Source: Candidatus Omnitrophota bacterium (GTDB lineage Bacteria; Omnitrophota; Gorgyraeia; Zapsychrales; JANLHA01). Taken from it: a stretch of DNA of 32,000 nt. Shown piece after piece: positions 1 to 8,759 of the stretch. Under the pieces are notes generated by a model. That model was given only the letters and a program-made list of their open reading frames with translations, had not been told where the DNA came from and did no database searches. Positions within the stretch are counted from its first letter, which is position 1. Every line of letters starts with the position of its first letter. The DNA is taken from positions 1,290,001 through 1,322,000 of the forward strand of contig OY759724.1 in the NCBI GenBank assembly GCA_963662715.1. The letters are read 5' to 3'. Both the position numbers and the translations under genes were made by a program.

Positions 1-1708
1 TATCTAAATGTTCTTCTAAATATTCAGCCACTTTTACCTGAATATAAGCCTTAAGAGCTCCAACAGCAAAACCTTTAGCAAAGGCCTTGAGAATATCCCA
101 AATTCTTGCCCCCACGCCCATATTACTTGTGGTGGCGTAAGGATTTCCTCCTTTACCAAAAATCTTAGTTAAAAATCCTTTTATTTTACTAAATGCAGAT
201 TTTATCTTAGTAATTATTTTACCCCAAACACTTTGGGCATCCGAGCCAAAACCGGCATAGCCGGCAATAAATCCAGCTGCGGCGCCAATAAGAGCGCCTT
301 TCAGAGCGCCTTCTTTACCATCCATCAAATACCCTATGGCCGCACCGGCTGCAGCTCCTATTCCGGCATTTATGGCAACAGCACTCCAGTCAACGGAAGA
401 AGCCGCATCTGCCCCACCTCCATCTCCGATGGCTGACGGGTCAGCACTTGGGTCAGCCGCTCCGATACCCGCCATATAATTTAACCCTATAGAACAAGCA
501 ATCGTTATAGCCGTGCTTAATATAAAAGCGGTGCTTTCACAATCATCGCCTCCGTCATTAATACAATTTACATAATAAGCCTCCCCAACAGCTGAACCAA
601 AGGTTGAGGACGCCAAAGAGATAATCACCCCCAGAGGGCCGCCCATAATATAAGCAATAACTATTTGAATGACCATAGAGATAACAGCGGCAAAAATATC
701 CGATCCGGACATCAAGCCAGGCAAATCATCTGATTTATCGACCCACTTGTTGCCCCAAACAAAGGCTTTCATCGCATCCGAAATAGGCTCATAGGCAATA
801 TCTTCCTGGCGGTCCAGATTTAAGGCAAGCACAAAACCACTGGCTTTTGCCTTGAAATCACCCCGGCCCATAGAATGCGGTTTCCCTATATCATTATAAT
901 AAACTTTTTCTGTATCAACTGAGGTAACAGTCACAAAGTGTTCGGAACCGAAATTCGCAACAAACGGAGTCTTCAGATAAAGCATGTCCTCCGCATCAAT
1001 TTTTACGGCCTGAACATTTAAGCCATATCCTCTTGCCACTTCTTCGATGGCAAAAAGCGACGTTTTAAGAAATTTTTCTCCCGGCCTGACAATATCATTC
1101 AACAAATCCACAGAAAGCGTAGCCACAGATATTTCCGAAAGAGAAGTAGGAATACTTTTTTGATCTAATAAATCTTTTAAGGCATAAACACCGCAGTTGA
1201 AAGGATGAATGTTGGGATCGCTGATCCATTCTCTTACAGATTGGACATATTTAGCGTCAATTTTCGTCTTTGAAGAAATAAAAACGCTTTTTTCTCCGGC
1301 CAAAGGGTCCTGAGGATCGGACGTAAGGCCAAGCTTAATCTGCGCATTGTCTTTATTTTCAATCTGTTCCAGCAAATTTCCTACGCCGGAAGCCAATTGA
1401 GCAGAAAGTATCTGTTCTTGAGAAATCTGAGGATTTTGCGGATCTAAAGCAACAACTTGAACCGGAGATGTTTTTGCTCCCCAAAGCACTGCGGGGTTAT
1501 AGTTAAAAGCCCAGCTAACCTGTTCCGGCACAAATATTAACACAATTGCTAAAGCGACTGTCCTGATCCAGGTCTTAAATCGGCTTCTAAAATATTCTTC
1601 TTTAACTTCTTTTTGGACATTAAGATTGGACGCAGAGTCTAACCCGTTGCTAGCAATAACACTAGACACACTTTGTCCACCTTGGTTTTTGTCCAATCTA
1701 AAGTTCAT
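1..1708 (-). CDS. Membrane protein with a C39-type (papain-like, bacteriocin-processing family) cysteine peptidase domain. The N-terminus is in the window and the C-terminus lies beyond position 1.
   Basis: Absent from the supplied ORF track because it runs off the window edge. Reading the minus strand from ATG at 1708 gives an uninterrupted frame to base 2 (MNFRLDKNQGGQSVSSV...EYLEEHLD). It has one N-terminal TM helix (TWIRTVALAIVLIFV). C39-like motifs follow: HPFNCGVYALKDLL (catalytic Cys context xCGxxAL), FGSEHFVTVTSV (His, HFVxV) and VYYNDIGKP (DxxG region), at roughly nt 808-1213. After that come several Gly/Ala-rich glycine-zipper helices (GIGAAAGAAIGYL, GALIGAAAGFIAGYAGFG). Confidence 0.75.
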   Translation of the reverse strand, partial: MNFRLDKNQGGQSVSSVIASNGLDSASNLNVQKEVKEEYFRSRFKTWIRTVALAIVLIFVPEQVSWAFNYNPAVLWGAKTSPVQVVALDPQNPQISQEQILSAQLASGVGNLLEQIENKDNAQIKLGLTSDPQDPLAGEKSVFISSKTKIDAKYVQSVREWISDPNIHPFNCGVYALKDLLDQKSIPTSLSEISVATLSVDLLNDIVRPGEKFLKTSLFAIEEVARGYGLNVQAVKIDAEDMLYLKTPFVANFGSEHFVTVTSVDTEKVYYNDIGKPHSMGRGDFKAKASGFVLALNLDRQEDIAYEPISDAMKAFVWGNKWVDKSDDLPGLMSGSDIFAAVISMVIQIVIAYIMGGPLGVIISLASSTFGSAVGEAYYVNCINDGGDDCESTAFILSTAITIACSIGLNYMAGIGAADPSADPSAIGDGGGADAASSVDWSAVAINAGIGAAAGAAIGYLMDGKEGALKGALIGAAAGFIAGYAGFGSDAQSVWGKIITKIKSAFSKIKGFLTKIFGKGGNPYATTSNMGVGARIWDILKAFAKGFAVGALKAYIQVKVAEYLEEHLD

Positions 1709-1718
1709 TTTTTATAAT

Positions 1719-1880
1719 TTAAAAATTAACCAGCTTTAATTTGCAGCATTTGGCCAACTGGCGACCCTGAGTACAAGTGGTAGGAAAAATTTGAAGCTTA
1801 CTAGGTAATGACACAGAATAACAATTATTATATTTTACTTTGAATCCACCTCCGTTTAAATTTGATTTAGTTTTAGACAT
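1719..1880 (-). CDS. Candidate 53-aa secreted or processed peptide with an NGGG (double-glycine-like) motif and 4 Cys. The ORF track extends it to 1928.
   Basis: Sequence from the internal ATG at 1880: MSKTKSNLNGGGFKVKYNNCYSVSLPSKLQIFPTTCTQGRQLAKCCKLKLVNF. The stop is only 10 nt upstream of the C39-protein ATG (1708). The longer track start (1928) would place an intrinsic terminator hairpin inside the coding region. There is no strong SD (gggtaagcca-ATG), so this remains tentative. Confidence 0.35.
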   Translation of the reverse strand: MSKTKSNLNGGGFKVKYNNCYSVSLPSKLQIFPTTCTQGRQLAKCCKLKLVNF

Positions 1881-1890
1881 TGGCTTACCC

Positions 1891-1924
1891 AAAAACAAAA
1901 AAGCCACCAAGTGGTCTTGGTAGC
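1891..1924 (-). terminator. Intrinsic terminator or attenuator hairpin
   Basis: The minus strand reads GCUACCAAG-acca-CUUGGUGGC (9-bp stem with one G-U, 4-nt loop) followed directly by UUUUUUGUUUUU. It lies 11 nt upstream of the ATG at 1880. Confidence 0.55.
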
Positions 1925-2049
1925 CCATAAAATTGCTACAAAATTTCAGAAATGCTTTCTGTTAGCAAAAATTTCATTATTCTGTTGGCCCTCTTTTTTG
2001 AAGAATTTTATAAGGCTTTTCTTACCACTTGCCTTATAAGTATAGCATT

Positions 2050-2078
2050 ATTATAGAGGTGTCACAACGATATTGCAA
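2050..2078 (-). promoter_or_regulatory. Near-consensus sigma70-type promoter
   Basis: The minus strand reads TTGCAA (2078-2073), 17 nt, TATAAT (2055-2050). It points toward the leader, terminator, small ORF and C39 gene. Predicted TSS is near 2043. Confidence 0.5.
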
Positions 2079-2341
2079 ATTTTTTTTAAAAAAAATGTTG
2101 TTTAATATCAACAACTTACAAGCCAAAAAAAATATTTCTAATAATTACATTCGAGCCCTTACACAGCAAGGAAGAAGAAAACGCTTTCCCAAAAAGCCAA
2201 CAGAAAGACATCTTACGAAAAATCAACAAACCATGATTCCCGTCAAATACCCGGTTAAATCAAGGCAACGCCCTGTGAGTATTTAAATTTATACATAAAA
2301 AAGAGATGCTTTTAAACCAAAAGACCTCTTCTCCGGGGATT

Positions 2342-2368
2342 AGAGTGGACAAAACAGAGTGGACAAAA
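2342..2368. repeat. Perfect tandem direct repeat of 13 bp (AGAGTGGACAAAA x2, 14-bp period)
   Basis: Read directly: agagtggacaaaa c agagtggacaaaa. It sits in the 560-bp ORF-free spacer between tadC and the small-ORF/C39 unit. Confidence 0.8.
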
Positions 2369-2491
2369 TAGCGCTTAAGAAAATTTGGGGGGTTCTAAAC
2401 AATAAACACAAATCAAGATATTTTTTTGATATTTGATCAAAAATTATCCAAGAAACCCTTTTCCCTGAGAACGAGGCCGGGGCACCCCTTA

Positions 2492-3379
2492 TTAACCGCC
2501 CCCAAGCTCTGCCAACGGGTTCTCTTCGATAAACTGCAGAAAGATAGGTCCCGCAACAAGGATCCCCACAACAGGGAAAATAAAGAACAACAGCGGCACC
2601 AAAAGCTTCATAGGTGCTTTCATGGCCATTTGTTCACCCCTGCGGAATCTCGCAAGACGCATATCTTCGGAGAGGAGATTTAAGGCTTCGGAAACAGATG
2701 TTCCCATCTTGTCTGCCTGCAACAGCGTTCTGGAGAAAGAAGAAACCTCCGAAAGGTCAAACTTTGACGCAAGGTCCTTCAGGGCATCTCTTCGAGTCTT
2801 TCCAACATTGATTTCCTGCAGCAAAATGTTAAGCTCATTAACCATAACCGAAGGGGTGGACTTTTCAACAACCCATTTGAGGGCCAACATAAAGTCCAAA
2901 CCAGCATTCACACAGAGCCCCAACAAGTCAATGGCGTTCGGAAGCTCTTTGACAATAATAGCCTTAACTTTTTTTATCTTTCCTTTTAGCCAGAATTCCG
3001 GCATCATATAACCGACAGAAAAACTCATAAACAGCCAAAAAAGTATCATATCCGGCTGAATCATCTGAAACGTCAACAACAACACCAAAACAATGCCGAC
3101 TTCTTTCATCAAGAAAAATTCTTCCGGAGTCATATTCACATGCCCCACAGACAAATCCTTGGAGATTCTTTTTCTTAAGCCTCCAACACAAAGAGGCTTA
3201 TTAATCATAGCCAAGCCCCTAATGAGAGATGTTGTGCTTTTTTTCTTTTTTGCCGGGGTGACCTCGTAGCCAAATGTTTTTAAAGTTGGTCGGCTTTCTA
3301 TGTCTACCGGAAAAATACCCATAATAAAACTGAAACCCGCCAAGAAACACATCGTTAATAAAAATGTCAACATTACCAT
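2492..3379 (-). CDS. tadC: Tad pilus inner-membrane platform protein TadC (T2SSF domain)
   Basis: 295 aa. T2SSF-type core: ELPNAIDLLGLCVNAGLDFMLALKWVVEKS...LQEINVGKTRRDALKDLA...SEALNLLSEDMRLARFRRGEQMAMKAPMKLLVPLLFFIFP. SD AAGGAAGG upstream of the ATG. It is the second of two adjacent T2SSF paralogs. Confidence 0.88.
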   Translation of the reverse strand: MVMLTFLLTMCFLAGFSFIMGIFPVDIESRPTLKTFGYEVTPAKKKKSTTSLIRGLAMINKPLCVGGLRKRISKDLSVGHVNMTPEEFFLMKEVGIVLVLLLTFQMIQPDMILFWLFMSFSVGYMMPEFWLKGKIKKVKAIIVKELPNAIDLLGLCVNAGLDFMLALKWVVEKSTPSVMVNELNILLQEINVGKTRRDALKDLASKFDLSEVSSFSRTLLQADKMGTSVSEALNLLSEDMRLARFRRGEQMAMKAPMKLLVPLLFFIFPVVGILVAGPIFLQFIEENPLAELGGG

Positions 3380-3415
3380 GATCGACCTTCCTTAATATAG
3401 TGGATTACCTTAACA

Positions 3416-4270
3416 TTAAAAATCTTTAAAGCTACTGATTTTGAAAATCATAACAGCGCCTACAATTTCCGAAATAACGGCATAAACAAGCATCCCCCTT
3501 CCGACCGGAGATTGAAACATATGGTCAAAAAACGTGGGATTCGTTCCATAAATGATCGTAAAAAACATAACAGGCAAAGCCGACATAACAACTCCCTGTA
3601 TTTTTCCCTGGATAGTCAATGTGTCTATCTGGGATTTGATCCTTTTCTGCTCCCGGATAACATTAACAATGCGCTGAAAAATACTCGGCAGGTTCCCGCC
3701 CGTTTCTCTTGCGAGCAGAATTGCTGTCGTCATCTGCTGAACGGCTGCTGATGGCTGGCGGTTATATAAATGGTTCAGGGCTTCATCCAAAGAAACCCCC
3801 ATATTATTTTCCCCCAAAACAATGGAAAACTCCTGATTTATAGGATCCGGCATTTCTTCCACAACGGCTTCCATGGCTTGCACCAAGCTTAAGCCTCCGC
3901 GAAAAGAGCTGGACATAATCATCAAGGCGTCTATAAGCTGATCATCAAATTTTTTCCGATTTTGATTTATAAGAAGGTTGTTGTAAACCCCTGGGAATAT
4001 TAAACCGAAAACAATACCAATCCCGATACCAAAAACCCTTAAGTCTTCGGGGAAAAAGATGTAAAAAATACCGGAAAAAAGGATAGGGGCAATAACATAA
4101 AAACGGGTAATCTTTTCCACTTTGGACCGTGGAAGAACCCTGTCCAATCTTGAAGAAAGCTTATGAGCTCTCTTTTGCCCTATTTCCACTGTTTTGTCAT
4201 ATAGCAACGGAATAACAAAATAGCCAAACAAAGCGGCTGAAATAAATATGCAGAAAAAAGATACGTACAT
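3416..4270 (-). CDS. tadB: Tad pilus inner-membrane platform protein TadB (T2SSF domain)
   Basis: 284 aa. LIDALMIMSSSFRGGLSLVQAMEAVVEEMPDPINQEFSIVLGENNMGVSLDEALNHL...ARETGGNLPSIFQRIVNVIREQKRIKSQIDTLTIQGKIQG is a typical TadB/T2SSF pattern. SD GAGGAGG. Confidence 0.88.
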   Translation of the reverse strand: MYVSFFCIFISAALFGYFVIPLLYDKTVEIGQKRAHKLSSRLDRVLPRSKVEKITRFYVIAPILFSGIFYIFFPEDLRVFGIGIGIVFGLIFPGVYNNLLINQNRKKFDDQLIDALMIMSSSFRGGLSLVQAMEAVVEEMPDPINQEFSIVLGENNMGVSLDEALNHLYNRQPSAAVQQMTTAILLARETGGNLPSIFQRIVNVIREQKRIKSQIDTLTIQGKIQGVVMSALPVMFFTIIYGTNPTFFDHMFQSPVGRGMLVYAVISEIVGAVMIFKISSFKDF

Positions 4271-4308
4271 GTCTTAAGCCTCCTCATAGAATTAAACGCA
4301 AACACTTC

Positions 4309-4734
4309 CTATAAAATCACATCCGCACAAAGATCGCCTTCCGCAGTGTCTTCGGAACAGCCTTCCAGGCAAGAGAGACAGTCGGTTATATATTCAGGCG
4401 TTCCTACCGGAACCGTACAATCACACCCATGATCACTATAACATTCCTTGGAAATCCATTTATTAATCAATGTACACGGCCTTGTCGGTCCTGTTGCCGC
4501 AGTACAATGAGCTGCGTCAAAAAAACATTCCAGCGTGCCCCCGGCATCTCCATCTGTCCCGTAAGGACGAGGATCGTATTGCCTGCCTGACCCAAAAACA
4601 TCGCCTGCTTTTTTCCAGCCCCCGGCATAGGCTCTTATGATATAATTTTGAAAGACAAAAATGGCTGTTATCAAAAAAACCATTAATGTCATATATTCCA
4701 TAATAGACTGGGCTTCTCTGTTTCTTTTTAACAT
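4309..4734 (-). CDS. Pilin-like protein with a class III signal peptide and a Cys-rich C-terminal domain (candidate minor pilin)
   Basis: 141 aa. N-terminus MLKRNREA|QSIMEYMTLMVFLITAIFVF. It shares the GRQYDPR motif with the pilin paralogs. By my count there are 10 Cys in the last ~75 aa. Confidence 0.75.
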   Translation of the reverse strand: MLKRNREAQSIMEYMTLMVFLITAIFVFQNYIIRAYAGGWKKAGDVFGSGRQYDPRPYGTDGDAGGTLECFFDAAHCTAATGPTRPCTLINKWISKECYSDHGCDCTVPVGTPEYITDCLSCLEGCSEDTAEGDLCADVIL

Positions 4735-4769
4735 GATACTTTACCCTTTAAGCAACAAAAGCCAATTTT

Positions 4770-7700
4770 TTAGTTAGTTCCCGCAATAAACTGATCATCA
4801 CATTGATAAAACCTGATCCGGAAACTCTGCAGCCCGCTATATCCTCCTCCCCCGCCTCCTAAATAATACTGGGCACAGGAAGTGGTTACATATCCATATC
4901 TTAGAAGGCTTTCATGAATGAAATCCCAACAATCCTTATACTGGGCATCGCCTCTGGGATATCCCGCGCTGGCTGTGGGGGTCCGATTTATCATAAAGGC
5001 GTTTTTCCAGCCCCATTCCCAAGACGTTCCGGCAATATTCGGATCAATCATAATGCTACAGGTCAATTCCAGGTCCGTGGGATCATTATCCTGGCCTTCC
5101 GGATGATAAAACATGGGCTTCCACAGCCGTGTGCCGTTTGCGAAATTAATATTTCCGCTAACAGAATCTTCGTCATAACGAATGACCATGGCTTTGACCC
5201 GGCCGGTCCTCTCTTGCAGTTCATAACAACGCTTTGTTCCCCAATCCTTGGTCCAGGTTTTTATCCACGGCCATCTGTCTGTTCCGCAAGCACCATTACA
5301 CCGCCCCGGAGATCTGACTGTCACTTTAACAACATGCCAGTCTCCTCTGATTGTGTTGTAGACATCCTTGGGTTCGTCCTGCCATGCGTAAATAGCAAAA
5401 GACGTTGTCGCCGGAGGATAAAGGTTGTCCCAGCTTTTACAGGCATCTATCACCGCCTGGGCCGGACCGGTAAGAAAATTGTTTATCTGGAGCAACCCAT
5501 TAAATAACTGGTTGGTTATCTCCTCCGCTTCGTCCCTGCGACCGGTAAGCAGATTAACCCGTTTCTCTATCTTGGCCGCCTGATTTTGAGCAGCCAAAAC
5601 ACTCCAGTCTAGCAAATCTTTCCATCCTCCGGGATCTGTGTCTCCGCAGGACCCTACAGAGTTTTCCAAAGCGGTGCCGACAGCATCAAAAAATGGGGTT
5701 GCGCCATAACCGCAGGTTTCCTCACAGGTTCCCAAGACGCCCACTCCGGCCCAGGTACAGGAGCAGTTCAAAAGCTCTGATTCAATCGTAGCGCTGGCGC
5801 AGTTAATGGTGGTGGACTGGTCGCGGCACTGATTTGTCAAAGTGCCCGTAGGGTTTGCTATACAAAAATCGTACATATTATTTATTTTTGTTAAAACATT
5901 GTCATCCGGCGGAACAGCCGGAGGATCCGGAGTATCATCCGTAGCGGTGAAAGCCGGGATACCGTAACCTCCCGGCAACACGGCGCATTCAATATTACAG
6001 GTATAAATATTCGTGGTTCCGTAGCATTCGTCCAACTCTAAAAGATCATTCGGATCCCCTGCCACAGTATAAGTCATCTCATCAAAACCCGGGACAAGAG
6101 ACCGGGGCAACACCTGGCAGGAAGATATCGAGGCCGCGATATCATTATCGCAATCCCACTTGCAGGCATCAAATTTTTCCGCATTCCCCTGGGCTTGTGC
6201 CCCGGTAGCGCCTGAAATAATAGCGTTTCCGCTGGCATCCTGGGCCAAATCAGCAAGGTTCCAATCTAGACAAGCGATAATATCTTCCAAATCTCCTCTT
6301 GTGCCGTTTCCGTTAAAATCAAAAACAGCCTGTTCTTCCTGGCTGACCCCCGGACATTCAAGGCCATCATAACCAGCCTGAAAACCGACATACGCTGGAT
6401 CCGCATATTTATTAGCTGCCCCCTGCGGAGGCGGGACACACCAGACAGCCGGGGTGGCGGCAGAACTGTCAATTTTACAGCCTGATCCGACATATGGAAC
6501 CGTAGGCTCCATCCATTCCACAATAGGCTGATAAAAAGAATTCAAATCATCCCGCCAGACATACCAGTATCCTCCGTCCTCGTTCCCCGTACAGCTGGAA
6601 CCGCAAGCCGAAGGATCGCCCCCCGGACACGGGGCTTCAAACCAATCCGCAAAGCCGCCGCTTCCTGTGGCGGCCAGACCAATTTCGTACCAATCTATAA
6701 AATTATCTTCAATCTCATCCGGATCCAGTTTGTATTGTTCCATGGCCCAACTATAAAATTCCGTAAGTCCGTAAATAAAGTCATCCAGCTTGTCATCCGG
6801 CCAGTTTGACCAGACATATTGCCAGTTTGTGCCTGCCGCAGGCGCAACCGGAGGATAAGGATCCAGGGCTCCGCCCTCCCCGCAATTACAATCCACGCCA
6901 TACACAGTTCCATCTTCCGGATCAACTTCAGTACAATTGACGCCGTTCCCGGCTTTGACACATTCTGCCATATAGGGCCATTCATCCGGAGGATCACAGA
7001 ACAGGTCCGCTCCTCTTTTCCAGCCGCCCTCATCCTGCGCACATTCCGAATCTTCCGCTAAAATATCATCAATATTAGGGACCAAATCCAACAATTGCGG
7101 CGGATCCGTAAAATCAGACCCCATATTTGTGGCATCAACACACCACCCACCGCTATACGGAGCATCATCCGGAGTGTTAGGAAGAATCAAGGCCGGGGAA
7201 ATCTCGGCAGGGAAGGTCAGCCCCGTACACTCAACGGGAACATCTCCCGTAGGCGGAAGTCCGGTAGGGTCACAGAGATGACATTCCAGGTCGTCCCTGT
7301 TCGGTAAGGCCAAGGCCCCGTAAGTTAATTCCTGTAAATTCATGCCCCAATCGTCAAGCTTATAAAAAAACGGAAAGATCCCAAGCCGGTCATCCGTGGA
7401 ATAAAAACCCGTGGCGTCTTCCATATAAAAATCATATTCTGCTTGAGGCCGGAGCAATTGCGAATGATCCGCAACCGTCCCGCTGCCGTCAATAAGCAGA
7501 TGCCATTGAGGCCTTGCCGAATTCACTTCATACTGATGATGAGTATCATCCTCTCCAATCCATTCCCTGAAGGAAATAAATTCCTGTCCGGTTGAATTGT
7601 TGGTGGAGTCTTCATAAAAGCCTTGATATACATAAGGATAAGAAACAGCCAAATTAGGCGCCACCGGCGGCAACGGGTCATGAAAAGGCGACCTGTTATA

Positions 7701-8729
7701 ACACGTGTTCGGATCGCCTCCGGTAAAGCCTTCATCCGCGATACAGCTTCCTGTCGCGCAACATGCCGGGCGAAACGCCGAGTCCACGCAGCAGGGATCA
7801 CACATCGAAGGGAAACGGTTGTCCGTCGTAGGGCTGATAGGGCAACAGGGATGGGTCGGATTCCCTTCGCAATCTAAAGGATCAAACAATCCCCAGTTGT
7901 CTGTATCATAAGAATTGTCGCCTCCGTATAAAAAATCTCCCAAAGAATCCAAGAATTGTTCAACAACATTGGAATTGTTGTCCTGAATCCCCTGCAATCG
8001 GCGCGTATAATAATAAGCAAATCTGGAGACATAATCTGGAGCCGTTGTTCTGTCAAGAGGATCTGACAAATCACCAAAAGCCGTATCCGTATCCATATCA
8101 AATAAATCGGGAATTTGCGCCGGATCAGTAACCGCAGACATTAAAGCCGTCTGTATCCCGTATTCTATAGCCATTTCTTTCGTGGTCAGGGAATCGGACA
8201 TCATTTTGTTCCACATCGATGTGATCCCCGGCTGAGTAACCGTGACATCTATAACCGCCGCAGCAATAACCAAAACCGCGGCCACAATCGCAGCCGCTAA
8301 TCCCCACCCCTCTATCTGCCCCGTTGCCGCGCAAACCACGACAAGGACAATAACAATAATGGCGGCAATGAGTTTGACAAGAAAGCCGGTCCAGGCACAA
8401 ATTTTCGTTTTGCCTCCCAAAGAAGTCATATACAGCATTTGTCCGTAACTGGCAATAAAGGAAGCCATTTTGCTTGCGGCTGTATTAGCCCCGATGATCG
8501 TTAAGGTCTTTCCCGAAGAAATTTTCCCGATGTTAATGGTGGCGGCATATAAAATTAAGCCAATGGCCGCTGCCAGAATAAGAATTAAACCGACTTGTCC
8601 TGCAATATGTCTGGGAGGGTTTCTTTTGGAAGAAAAAGAATCTTCCGGTCCCATACGATCATCGCCATAAAAATACCGGCTCTGCTGCTTGCGAATTTTC
8701 TTAAACCATTTATGGACACGTTGAAACAA
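4770..8729 (-). CDS. Giant (1319 aa) TadG-like protein: TadG/Tad_N-type N-terminal anchor, two more TM helices, and a ~1150-aa Cys/Asp/Pro/Gly/Trp-rich exported domain
   Basis: Single uninterrupted ORF. TTG start at 8729 is preceded by AAGGGGA at SD distance. N-terminus HIAGQVGLILILAAAIGLILYAATINIG resembles the TadG-type N-terminal helix. I count about 51 Cys, including CC pairs (HPCCPIS, DPCCVD, PACCATGSC). I recognise no other domain. Confidence 0.8.
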   Translation of the reverse strand: MFQRVHKWFKKIRKQQSRYFYGDDRMGPEDSFSSKRNPPRHIAGQVGLILILAAAIGLILYAATINIGKISSGKTLTIIGANTAASKMASFIASYGQMLYMTSLGGKTKICAWTGFLVKLIAAIIVIVLVVVCAATGQIEGWGLAAAIVAAVLVIAAAVIDVTVTQPGITSMWNKMMSDSLTTKEMAIEYGIQTALMSAVTDPAQIPDLFDMDTDTAFGDLSDPLDRTTAPDYVSRFAYYYTRRLQGIQDNNSNVVEQFLDSLGDFLYGGDNSYDTDNWGLFDPLDCEGNPTHPCCPISPTTDNRFPSMCDPCCVDSAFRPACCATGSCIADEGFTGGDPNTCYNRSPFHDPLPPVAPNLAVSYPYVYQGFYEDSTNNSTGQEFISFREWIGEDDTHHQYEVNSARPQWHLLIDGSGTVADHSQLLRPQAEYDFYMEDATGFYSTDDRLGIFPFFYKLDDWGMNLQELTYGALALPNRDDLECHLCDPTGLPPTGDVPVECTGLTFPAEISPALILPNTPDDAPYSGGWCVDATNMGSDFTDPPQLLDLVPNIDDILAEDSECAQDEGGWKRGADLFCDPPDEWPYMAECVKAGNGVNCTEVDPEDGTVYGVDCNCGEGGALDPYPPVAPAAGTNWQYVWSNWPDDKLDDFIYGLTEFYSWAMEQYKLDPDEIEDNFIDWYEIGLAATGSGGFADWFEAPCPGGDPSACGSSCTGNEDGGYWYVWRDDLNSFYQPIVEWMEPTVPYVGSGCKIDSSAATPAVWCVPPPQGAANKYADPAYVGFQAGYDGLECPGVSQEEQAVFDFNGNGTRGDLEDIIACLDWNLADLAQDASGNAIISGATGAQAQGNAEKFDACKWDCDNDIAASISSCQVLPRSLVPGFDEMTYTVAGDPNDLLELDECYGTTNIYTCNIECAVLPGGYGIPAFTATDDTPDPPAVPPDDNVLTKINNMYDFCIANPTGTLTNQCRDQSTTINCASATIESELLNCSCTWAGVGVLGTCEETCGYGATPFFDAVGTALENSVGSCGDTDPGGWKDLLDWSVLAAQNQAAKIEKRVNLLTGRRDEAEEITNQLFNGLLQINNFLTGPAQAVIDACKSWDNLYPPATTSFAIYAWQDEPKDVYNTIRGDWHVVKVTVRSPGRCNGACGTDRWPWIKTWTKDWGTKRCYELQERTGRVKAMVIRYDEDSVSGNINFANGTRLWKPMFYHPEGQDNDPTDLELTCSIMIDPNIAGTSWEWGWKNAFMINRTPTASAGYPRGDAQYKDCWDFIHESLLRYGYVTTSCAQYYLGGGGGGYSGLQSFRIRFYQCDDQFIAGTN

Positions 8730-8759
8730 GGATTTTCCCCTTTTTTAATGTTATATATT

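Noticed and set aside
2029-2683. Plus-strand ORFs 2029-2286 and 2426-2683 in or next to the tadC-downstream spacer.
   Set aside because: Their products are Lys/Arg-rich with no recognisable features. One overlaps the tadC 3' end antisense, and the region is better explained by the minus-strand promoter and leader.
4914-5507. Long plus-strand ORFs inside the big minus-strand genes, for example 4914-5507, 17397-17804, 23265-23687, 25584-26048, 28091-28543 and 29921-30355.
   Set aside because: All are antisense to confidently identified genes (the giant ORF, tadZ-tadA, mdh, gyrA, gyrB). Their products are low-complexity or Arg/Ser/Leu-rich with no SD. They are typical shadow ORFs.
4770-8729. 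Three RGD tripeptides in the giant protein (GTRGDLED, TIRGDWHV, YPRGDAQY).
   Set aside because: With the high Gly and Asp content, roughly 0.4 occurrences are expected by chance. Three is only mildly unusual, and there is no evidence for a eukaryotic integrin-bearing host.
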